A stretch of DNA of 63,500 bases, the filler included, from Octopus bimaculoides (taxonomy: Eukaryota), in the NCBI RefSeq assembly GCF_001194135.2. It is 7 parts of 7 records of this genome, joined end to end, with 100 filler letters (N's around TTAATTAATTAA, not from the genome) between each part and the next. Parts side by side here need not be neighbours in the genome. Positions count along the whole stretch, not along the records: positions 1 to 30,522 come from NC_068992.1; 6 more parts are not named here. One strand, 5' to 3'. Positions 12,400 through 23,300 of the stretch are shown one piece after another; position 1 is the stretch's first letter, and each line of letters opens with the position of its first letter. The translations under genes and the position numbers were made by a program. The notes below the pieces were generated by a model, which was given only the letters and a program-made list of their open reading frames with translations, was not told where the DNA came from and searched no databases.

Positions 12400-13470
12400 C
12401 TCTTTCTTCGTGACCAAACACCTCTTCATCCAGTCTTACTTTATTAAATTCTTCACCTTTGCCATCTTTTTCTCAGTTTTCACATTCTAATCGTAAATTA
12501 TCATCAGTCTTAAGTGTCGTCTCGTCGGCTGCGTTCTTTGGCTCACATATTCCTTTCTCCTCCTTATTTCCTCTTACCACTCCTCATATTCCTCCTCTCT
12601 GTCTATTACTTCTTCCCTACTTGTTGGCTCTGGTTCTGATACTTTTTTCTCTTGCACTTTTTCCACCTTTCTCTTCTTTTTTGTGGTGACTCCACTGTTG
12701 TTCTTTTCCTGTCTGCCACTGTTTCTTCCTCATTCTTTTCCTCCTCCACTACTACTTCCTTCCTCCACCTCTGCCTGGTTCTCCATTCTTTGCTCTTGTT
12801 TATGGGGACACTTTGCGTGCATATGTTCCCTACTTCTACAATTAGAACATATAGGTGGTCTTCCCACCACCACGATCCTCAACCGGGTCTCATCGCGGAG
12901 CACCAGCTCCTCTACTATTTTATGCAAATCTGGTAGGGTTATATGAATCACGACTTCTAACCCATATCTTCAACAGTTTATCTCAGTAAACTTCTCAACC
13001 TCAATCACCTCCGCTTCCTTTTGACAATTATAGAGGATAGCTGCCACTAGCCATGCCTCTTCTATTTCTGGGGGAACTCTCCCTATCCTAACTCTTTCGG
13101 CTCGTTTTCCGCAGTAGGATGGCAAGAGTGCCCACTTGGCCGTTCTCAAAGGCACAACGGAATATTTTTTTGCTTCTTCTTCATTCACAAAGCGCACTTC
13201 CACTGTGCCGTATTTCCTTCCTCTGGCGTAGAATGTGGTCACTCCTTTGACTTACCGCATACACTCTTCAATGGCTTCAATCTTTGCTACTTCCACACGT
13301 TTAGTTTCAACGTTCAACGTACGATAAAGTATAATTTTCTCCTCTGCCTTTTGTAAAACAGGTGGCGTTAACCGGAAGCAATCCCTCTACTTATCAAACG
13401 GTCCATTAAACTGTAAAAAAAAATTGTTTTCTACCTTCACTTCTGTCAGTCGCAGCATGTCGGCTGACAT
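12400..13470 (-). mobile_element. ORF1 (gag-like) remnant of an L1/Tx1-type non-LTR retrotransposon
   Basis: One frame with two in-frame stops joins ORFs 12970-13242 and 12730-12951. RRM-like GTVEVRF segment and CX2CX4HX4C knuckle (CSNCRSREHMHAKC), then a Lys/Glu-rich tail. Confidence 0.7.
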
Positions 13471-13837
13471 GATTTTGCCTGCTACCACAGAGTAACTGCC
13501 AGCTTCCATATCTTCACCCACAAATGGGGACGAAAGAAACAAATTCAACAATAATTAACAAAATTCCAACAATATAAGTTTCAAAAACACAAGATACAAT
13601 AACTCACCACTCGAAACAACAACGCTTTCGTCCAACCAAATCAGCAACTCAACTAAAAAATCTACGTGACGCTTCACGACTAGCTATCTCGTCCACTATT
13701 TATACGTATTGGACTAGCCTACTTATCTTCTGGGGGCGTACACACAACAATGTAACTACAAAATGTAACTACATGTGGATTGTTGGCGGTGTTCTTTCTC
13801 TGTCTCCCTTTCCTTTTTTCGACTTCTCTCTGTCCCC

Positions 13838-13874
13838 TGTATCTGAAGAAGAGCTTTACTCGAAACGTAAAACA
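13838..13874 (+). ncRNA. Minimal type-I hammerhead-ribozyme-like motif, canonical core
   Basis: TGTAT-CTGAAGA-A-GAG(CTTTA)CTC-GAA-ACGT-A|AAACA: intact CUGANGA and GAAA core, GUA triplet, stem I 4 of 5 pairs. Confidence 0.6.
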
Positions 13875-14032
13875 ACCTCTCTTTCCTTCACTTAGCGTCT
13901 TATTAATACTTTGCATGTACCACGTCCTCGCGTTCTTGTGTTCCTTTTTTATTAATTATATAAATGTGTATGTGTGTAGATTGAGTGCATATATATTTAT
14001 ATATGCATGAGAGTGAGTATATATCTTGGAAT

Positions 14033-14101
<69 letters not shown>

Positions 14102-14595
14102 ATGTGTTTGTGCGTGTGTGTGTGTGTATGTGCGTATGTATGTATATAGGTATGTAGATAAATATATGTATCTATAGAAACCTACTCTGTACATTTACGA
14201 ACGCGCCACTTTTATCTATTTCTCCGTATATTAAGTAAAATTATCAGAAGCTTTAATTGAATTTCGAACTTTATTCGTTTCTCAGGAGATATATCTACAT
14301 CACGTGACCAATCACAGAGGAACAAGTAACCTATCTGTTTAGACACAACAAATCCGGTGCAAGAACAATATGCCACAGCGAGCGTAGTGAAGTTTAAGTT
14401 AAGGAGTATACTGAGGAGTAAAACTAACGTAACCTGTGCTAGTCCATCAACCGTCTTAAATGCTGTATAATACAAATATCCTCATCATCTTCACAATTAT
14501 CATCATCATCATCATCATCATCGGCATCACCAGCACTAACACCAGCACTAACACCAGCACAAGCACCACCACCACCACCATCAGTATTATTTTTT

Positions 14596-15607
14596 AGTTC
14601 ACTCTTCTGGAACCACCTCCATGATGCTCTTGGTATTTTACCTTGTTGCTTTCACGGTGGAACTGGCCATGTATTTCCATATGGAGTAAGGTTTCTTCTC
14701 CCTCATTGGCTGTTTTTGATCGGTATTCATGAGCACTCTCTTTTTTGGTAACTTCTTCTGAACTAGCAGCATACTGTAGCAAGTCTTGTTTGCTGCTTAC
14801 CAAATATTCTGCCATATTTCTTCTTTCACCGTTGATGCACTCCCGTACGGTGATCATCCCGCGTCCACCCTTACCTGTCTTCATATAGAGTTCTGTAAAT
14901 TTGCCTTAGTGTGGAGGGTACCATGCATTGTCATTGTCTTTCGGGTAGTGAGATCGAGTTGGTCAATCTCCACTTGTATCCATCTCATGTGGGTGCACTA
15001 TATCGGACAACTGCAACAGCCCATATGTTGATGCCAGTCACAAGGTTCCTTCAGTTGAGCTTTGATTTCAAGGAGAAGTTTGAGGCGCTTGAAATATGCA
15101 GTGATGATATTGCCTTTAATTTCTCTGAGTAGGATCCCAAGGTAATTGTACCCATCATCATCTTCCATTCCCTCTCCGTTTGGCAATTCTATGCCGCTAC
15201 AATTTACTCTTTTGCCTCGCTTCAGAGTAAGCACCGCACACTTCAAAATACTGTATTCCCTCTTTATATCCTTGTTGTACGTTCGCACAGTCTCAGCCAG
15301 ACTCTCCATTGCAGGCTTTGTTTTTGTGAACAATTTTAAATCATCCATGAAGAGATGGTGGTTGAGACGAGATCCGTTTTTCTCAGCTCATAGTGTACGT
15401 TGGACTACAGAAAGTGGGATCAAGGCTATGACAAATGACAGAAGTGAACAAGAGTCTCCTTGGAAGATACCTCTTTTGATTTTTACTTCGGCTAAGTGCT
15501 GCTTGTTTCCAGAACGACGCGGTTTCCAACTACGCATGCTGTTCTTAATCAGTGCACACATGTTCTCAGCTATTCCACAGATGTCGAGTCTTTCCATAAA
15601 CCATATT
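14596..15607 (-). mobile_element. R4/Dong-like non-LTR reverse transcriptase remnant
   Basis: RGIFQGDS, MDDLKLF, KCAVLTLKRGK and YNYLGI motifs across frameshifted ORFs. Confidence 0.85.
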
Positions 15608-15733
15608 GCTCTTCTTCTTCTTCTTCTTCTTCTTCTTCTTCTTCTTCTTCTTCTTCTTCTTCTTCTTCTTCTTCTTCTTCTTCTTCTTCTTCTTCTTCTT
15701 CTTCTTCTTCTTCTTCTTCTTCTCCTTCTTCTT
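15608..15733. repeat. (TTC)n microsatellite
   Basis: Directly visible; source of poly-L/S/K ORFs. Confidence 0.98.
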
Positions 15734-16949
15734 ATTATTATTAATCCATTTAACTTGACTAATTTTCATATATCCGAATTAACACTAAGGCATTCAGCGT
15801 TTAGTTGAACAAAAAATATCGGAAGATAGGTGAACAACTAGATTAGAAAATGCAAGTAAAAAAGAAGATATTTAGATCTTATTTTAAAAGCAAAGTATAT
15901 ACGTAAAATCTCCTTAAGTTATGCATCGTATTGACAGAAAAGATTTAGTAGAGTGCAGATGGGTTTCCTCATAATCTTGATGCAAGAAAATAAAAACAAG
16001 TGAAAACATACATTGTCAATACTCAGAAAATGTATTAAAAATCCTAATGTATTTTTTTTTCCACGTAAGTCATACTACTAATGTTAAATTTTTGATTAAC
16101 TCAGCTATTCACAAAATGGGCAGTGAAGCATAAATTGTTCCTAATAGTGACATAAGTTCAAACAATACCTCTAACTATCCATTTATTATACATATGCCAT
16201 TTTGATCCTAACCAACCGCATGAAAATATGATGCTAAAATCTGTAAATTGATTTTTGCTTGTTTATGAACGGGCGTAGTTTTCAGATGCATTATAGATAA
16301 CATTATGACAAGATGTTATTTTCGTTACAGGACGGCTGAATTGTCTTTCGCTGAACACTGCTTAGGGCTTACTAAAAAGTGAATATGCCTTCCTATGTCA
16401 AGCTTTGGAAACTGAAATTTTAAAATGCATTGTAATCTTTATTTTCAGAGATTGGAAAAGAAAATATTTTAAGTGGTTTTGATCAGTGAAACGATATCCT
16501 CGCATTACTAGAAATCTTGACCTTAGATTTCATGTAAGTGAAATCTAAATGTATTTATTCAAAGCACATTTATAATGTGGATGCCATATTACCCAATGAC
16601 ATAAACTTAAAAATAAATGTTTCCCTTATCTGTTATTTCAAACTAATTTCATGTAAAAAAATAAACATAAGATTAGGATTTAGAAATAGCTATATAGAAA
16701 TATGTATTTCATAAATATCATTTTATGAAAGTTTTCTTTCTAATTCGTATATACTATTTAATTCATATCTAATGTCCGAGAAAAATTTCAATTTGAACTT
16801 TGAAATCCCATTTGTCTACATATCTATACAATGAACACATATTAAGCAGACACTTTATTCATAACTCTACTTAGGTAAGTCGATTGAATGAATTCGTATT
16901 AAACATTGATCACAATGTTTAATACGAATGCTATATCGTGTCCGAAAAT

Positions 16950-17550
16950 AAATAGTAAATCTCTCCGAAATGCAAAGTAGATATGACACTTGCTGCTGAA
17001 ATAAGTGACCAGTGGGTATTTGAATGTAAATGGGATTTTGCTCACCGGGGTTTACACAGTTTCAATAGAACTAATCAACACATAGGTAGTAAAATACGAT
17101 AATATACGGGGTTGGGTGGATCAATTCCAGAAGAGTCTTTTGCACAATTTCGGCAACTTTCTCAGTTCTCTGCCTAAATGGCATCATCACAAAAATACAC
17201 TATATTAGAATTTAGAAAATAACAGGTAGAGCAACATGTATTTGAAGAAACGTAACTGAATATGTACTTACATAGTATGGTAGTAAACAAAGAATCACTT
17301 TGTGTAGCTGATGCAATTCCTTATCCTTTTTAAACTATTTCATTGGCTGACCTATGCACAAATAGATTGTATGTCTATAGTATATAATGACTTAAAAGTC
17401 GCTGAATTTTGATGGCGGTTCTTGAAAAAAGATTTGCTGAAAACTGTCTTATAATGTCTTTAATCATCCATATTGTTAACATTGCAGTATCAAATTTACA
17501 TATGCAGGCATTGATTTTGTTAGAGATGCACATTCATAATGTTGACGTAT
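16950..17550 (+). pseudogene. Probable decayed leucine-rich-repeat receptor gene
   Basis: With stops and frameshifts: CP..., FECKWDFAHRGLHSF, GGSIPEESFAQFRQL, NGIITKIH, VEQHVFEET, LADLCTNRL. These are LRR-NT/LRR-like motifs, mostly in one frame. Confidence 0.45.
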
Positions 17551-19515
17551 ATATATATATATATATTTTTTTTTTTTTAGTTAAACAGTAACTGAAATAA
17601 ACTTGGAGAATTAAATGATATTTAACAACGTTCATATATTTTCTAATGACATTAAGAAAATACAGAAAGTGACCTGATTTCTAATGTACCACCAGATTTC
17701 ATGGTCGAATTTTGACATAAAACTCTCTGCAACATCATTGCGCAGTTCACGAAAGTAATACGATGTTGGTTTCGCTTTGTTATACCAATGATATGCCATT
17801 TTCTTTCCATTATTATATATTTTATAGATGAGTGCATTGAAGTGTATTTACTCGTTAATCGAAAATGTATAAAATAGCTGTCTCCTAAGGAAACCTTCCT
17901 GTAACTCTCCCTTACTAGACAACGTAATTAGCAAGATCAAGATTGTAAAATAAAAATAAGAATCAACAAATAATGACAAACAACAGTGGATACTAGTAAT
18001 ATAAGTGATGAAAAGAGTAAAACGAGCATTCTGGAAGTGAAGCTTACAAGATTAGATAAACATTCTTTAATATGTCCGGACTTGTGAAGAGCTCATGGAA
18101 GAAAAGCACTAATTAAGTTGATTTAAATTGAGAGCAATATATTTATTTCGTTATAGACATTTAATTTCTATATAAAGTAGATTTTGAATTTTAATGGAAT
18201 TAACGATAAACGTGTTCCTCATTTTCCCTAAAAGAGTCATCTATCTCTGTTTTAGTCGATTAGCCACCTCTCATTTAATGCTATTGTATTTGGAATTACA
18301 GGCACATAATCGAGGAAGCATACACATAGCTCTCGCTTTTTTCACGAAACACTTCAGACAATCATGAAGTTCATTATATAATTTACATTGGCAAATTAAA
18401 TAAACTGAATATCGACGAGCATTTCCTGAAATATATACACGTATGTGAGTGAGTGTGCGTTTGTGTGAGTATGTATTTGTGCGTGTATGTGAGTGAAGGA
18501 AAATGAAGATATACTATATAATGCAATATAAATTTAGATTAATTAAAACTATAGGATTACAAATGGTTTAAATGTAAAAGAAACAATAATGGTTTTGAAA
18601 TGTATAATAATGACAAACATAAATATTCTTCGAATATTAGTTCCTGTACAGTGTAAAGTCGGGTTTCTTTAAAATTTAACAGAATTCAATGCAATACGTA
18701 TGCAGGTAGAGTTGGTACTTCTGAAATAAACCACTTTAACTGTCAATCCCACTTAAATTCAATTGAAGTTAAATAATTCCTATCGATTAAAAATCTATTA
18801 AATTCAAGAATTTCCGTCACAACTCACCTAATTTCTTTTTTATTTATTTGAAATAACAAAACGTTATTTTATGCATTACTATTAACTTCAGTGAGTATGT
18901 TTACACATTCTCAGACTAAACACTGAGACGAATCACCCTATTGCATTTAATTTTTTCGAGTCGATATTCACACGTGGTAAATAAGACAAATCACATGCAT
19001 ATGCTAGAATCGATATTCTCGTTTACAAAGCAGATAATAGGCTTTTGTCAATATAGTATGCTATTATATGAGAGATTCTGACTTTCTGAGTTGCCAGTAA
19101 ATTGCAAAGTATCAGACCAATTTTCTACTTGGTCATCGCAATAGTCTTGGTTTCAGTTCACGTTGGAACGTACTCTACGTTTATAACTTCTAAATCAGTG
19201 CTTCTTTTTTCTAATGCATTAACTATAAAAATCATGAATTATCATCAACTTATCCGAAGTTGATCTGTAATAGCGGGCAATCATTATTATCCTGATATAT
19301 AATTATACAGTTATTATACAATTATTCTTCCCTGGTAGCTTTCTCTCCGTGACTTACAAAGCATTTGGCATTTGTTTACGAGTTTAATATATATAATGAA
19401 CTGAGCCGTGCAACAACGTTCAACAAAAAGTGTACTCCATCTGGCGATCATTTCACATGTATAACAACGATACTAATAGTTTCACGTACATGGAAACCCA
19501 ATATATACAAACACG

Positions 19516-19576
<61 letters not shown>

Positions 19577-21749
19577 TATATGTGCGTGTGTGTGTCTTTG
19601 TGCGTGTGTGTGTCTTGTGCGTGTGTTTGTCACACACCACTGCTTCACAACTGGCATTGCTGTATATACGACCCCGTAAGGTAGTGTTTTGGCAATAGAT
19701 GCTGATAGAATAAATAGCAGACTTACAAAAAAGATGTGCGACTAAAATTTTTGAAGGCGGTACCCGAACATCGCTGCAGTCATATATATCTTTACATGTA
19801 AAGATATATATACATATATATATTGTTTATTTCATTAATTTTCTGAGTAAATCAATTATTGTATTGTGACTGAAATTATGTTTATTATTGTAGCTATCAT
19901 AAATAATCAATGGTAAATGTAAAAGTCTCTGAATTTATATCTATGTGTGTTATCTCATATGTTGTGTCAAATTTGCCAACCTTCATGAAATTCTCAGTAA
20001 GTCACTTATACTCCTCCAAACAATCCAATAAAAACCCATATTTTCAAAGCAAATATAAGAGTTCTCACTGCAATGAAATTTGGGGCAAAAATATATACTC
20101 TGTAAAGATCGCAATAAATATAAATCCAACTGCACAAGTAGATATCCTTTTGAATTTTCGGCACATATCACCATCAATAAAATAGGTAGCAACTTCTCCA
20201 CATGTAATATCTGATAATTATATCTAGGAGTGTCCAATAGCAATTTCGTTTGACAACAGAAAATCTTTCTTGATTGCTCAATGTCACAAAAACTGGATAT
20301 ATAGCACACATCTCTCATCGGTAATAAGTCAACGAATTTCTTGCAGAAACGATCATATACCACGTATATACAAAATTATGATTAAGAGCGTTAGTCTTCA
20401 TTATTGATTCCTAAATGAATTAAATTGAATCGTCAAATCCATCCTTTTAATATGAGTGTAGTGTGTGCAACTTCTAGCAGAGATTAATTACCAATACGAG
20501 CCTCATAGCATGCAGAAATACACAATAGTGATATTAAATAGGATGTCAAACTGAAGGGGAGAATATTTTACCAGGGGTTAATAATAAATCGCAATCTTTT
20601 TGTTCTGAGAAAAACAGTTTAAGGCTAGTTTGATTACCAATATTTATATCTATTATATGCATCTAAAGAGGCTGGAAGTAACTAGGAATTAAGTTCATCC
20701 TCTGTAAATCGTGATGCTACATTATTTGAATTAACATGCATTAATATATTCACGGAAGATCTTAAGCAGCTTTCTAAGATGGATTATATAGTTTAACTGT
20801 TCACTTAAACTGCTATTATATAAGATCACGTCTCTAGATATAATGCTAAGAATTTCGATGTTAGCTTATAAGCACCATTCATGTACAACGTTACGAGCGT
20901 TTTGCAAGTATGTTGCACTTTTCGTTTTCAAATTGTGTGTGTGTGTCTGTGTGGGGAGCGCTATTGAATGAACACTGCGAATTTATAAGAATGACATTTT
21001 TACAAAATCAAAGGAAACGACGATCTACATCATGGAATTATGCAATATATTCTGTCGGCTGTAATGCTACATATAATATGAAATGTGACGAATAAATATT
21101 CAGCAATGTGCAAGGGGTTTGCGTGTATGCATTAGAGGAATATTCGTCCCCAGCTTTCAAGGTTGGTTTAACGATCTATCAAAGTCATGATATCCATCAT
21201 AAATTATAAATAAATCTACAAATCATTACAAAACTCTACACATTGGAGTTACTAATATTGTTCTATTTTCCTACAGTTTTACAATATTAAACGCTACATA
21301 TACACATACACAAGCATATACATATATAATTAAATAAATTCATATATGATTATGCCGGTATGTACACAAATATATAAACCGAAATATACACTCATATATA
21401 TATGATATATGTTAGCGTGTGTGTGTATGTGTGTACATGTAAGTATAGAAACTTACGTAGCAGACAGGAACTGTCATATATACATATATTTAACACACGA
21501 TGAACAGACTTCATCGCTTTTCGACAATTACTGGAACAACATGAGATGTGGCCTGCATCGTATGAACAAATCAAGAGACGCGAATGAACAATATATTTAT
21601 ATACACGTAAAATGTAGTAGCTTAAAGAACTACTAATTTGAATAATATAGTGTGTTCTGGATAAATTTGACAGTTAGCATAAAACTAAAAGCAAACAAAA
21701 CCCCACTCCAAAATAAAATTATTTTAAAAATATTAAATGATATCAACTT

Positions 21750-22260
21750 GATTCTGCTTGGAAGATACAGGTTTGCATAAACTAAATACCCCCGCCTTCC
21801 AACACAGGTTCAACACATCTGCGGAACATGATGTACCTCACTGTGTCCCTGTGAAATTCTTCGGATACCCGCTAGATCTTGACCACCGGCGTTGCTGTTG
21901 TAGGCAGAGTGGTTGGTGCCGTACTCAACTATACCCCACACATATTGATTCATAGATTTAAAATCCGGGGAAATTGGATGTCACAAATTTAGGCTGGTAA
22001 AGTTTTAGAAATTAATTCTTAGACAAACACTTCTCACTCATTCCGGTGGTATAAAAAGAAGCCGATATCTGCTGCCACACATATGTCCTTCCAGCAACAA
22101 CACTCCGCTAGAATTTGACACGAATCTCCAGCAGCTTTACGTACTTGTTAGAATTGGTCCATCAGTAGTTGATGAACACCTGCTCTCGGATGTAGACATT
22201 ACACTTGCCGTGATAGGGTTTCGACATGAATAATTCAATGATTGTGGCAAGAAGGTTTGG
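21750..22260 (-). mobile_element. Tc1/maT-like transposase C-terminal remnant
   Basis: - strand reads ggacatatgtgtggcagcagatatcggc (YVWQQD) and tccaatttccccggattttaaatctatgaatcaatatgtgtggggt (PNSPDLNPxDxxVWG-like). Confidence 0.65.
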
Positions 22261-22520
22261 TATCTATCTTTAGTATACAAGGCACCTACATAGTGGTCTC
22301 TCCTACTGTTTTTGAACATATATAATATTTTATTTATATAGAATTGCAGCGAATGAAATATTATCAGGAGCAAAAGTACATATATTTTTCTTTATTTAGA
22401 ACAAAGAATATAATCACATTAATAATTTTATCAAGTAGCCGTCGTGAAATAAAACCCCGTAGATAATATTTTATACTAGATTTATAATTATATAGATAAT
22501 TATATCAAAAAGTGCAGATT

Positions 22521-22680
22521 AACCATAACAGCACGATAGAAATAGATGCCAAATCGCTCTAAAAACCACCTCAATATTCCATTTATACAGGTTGTAATCG
22601 GGTAAATGAAAAAAATTTCTAAGACCTGAGGTGTTTTTTAGAGTCATTTAGCATCTATTTCTAGCGTGTTGGCGTGGTCA
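22521..22680. mobile_element. MITE-like inverted repeat
   Basis: tagaaatagatgccaaatcgctctaaaaaccacctca pairs with tgaggtgttttttagagtcatttagcatctatttcta. Confidence 0.75.
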
Positions 22681-22899
22681 ATCGGCACCCTTTATTATAA
22701 GTTCACGGAAGTACGCTGCCCCTTCGTTTAAGCCATCCCCAAAATCGATGAACACGGAAAAGTTACTGTAAAACAAAGACGCGCTACGTGGCAGTACGAC
22801 CGCACAGGAAGATGCCCGTCAGCAGACTAACGCTGGATGGGCGTAATAAGTGGTTTTCCAGCGGCGTAAGCCTGACTTATAAAAGGCTTGTCAAACAGA

Positions 22900-23300
22900 A
22901 AATTTTCGGTTTCTTTTGGGTACCTCCATGTGTGGGGTGAAAGAGGCAGAGAGAAAAGTGAGAGGATAGAATGGTGAAATGGAAGAAGGTTTGAGTGACA
23001 GATTGTGGAGTGAGAGGAGAGACATAAAGAAGCGTTCCTTTGTTCCGACAACTTTGTTAAACAAAATGTATCAATTGATAAAGACAACGTACGTCCTCCG
23101 CGAGAATAACGCCTGTCTCTTCTGGATTGAATTGATTACACAAGACAAAAGGATAAATAAAAATAGACGCTTGTCGGCAAGCATTAAGAACATTTATAAA
23201 CTAACAATTGACTACTGGTTTCCGACATCTATGAAAGAAGAGGTGGCGACTGTTTTCCTAATTTTTATTCTCTGCTTAATTCAGTTAATCTGCAATTCGC
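22900..23300 (+). mobile_element. Possible mariner N-terminal remnant
   Basis: Weak similarity (ELITQDKR; YWFPTSMKEE akin to WVPxxL) after a TIR-like end. Confidence 0.3.

Noticed and set aside
15146-15808. 220-aa + strand ORF
   Set aside because: Antisense of the R4-like RT plus the (TTC)n tract.
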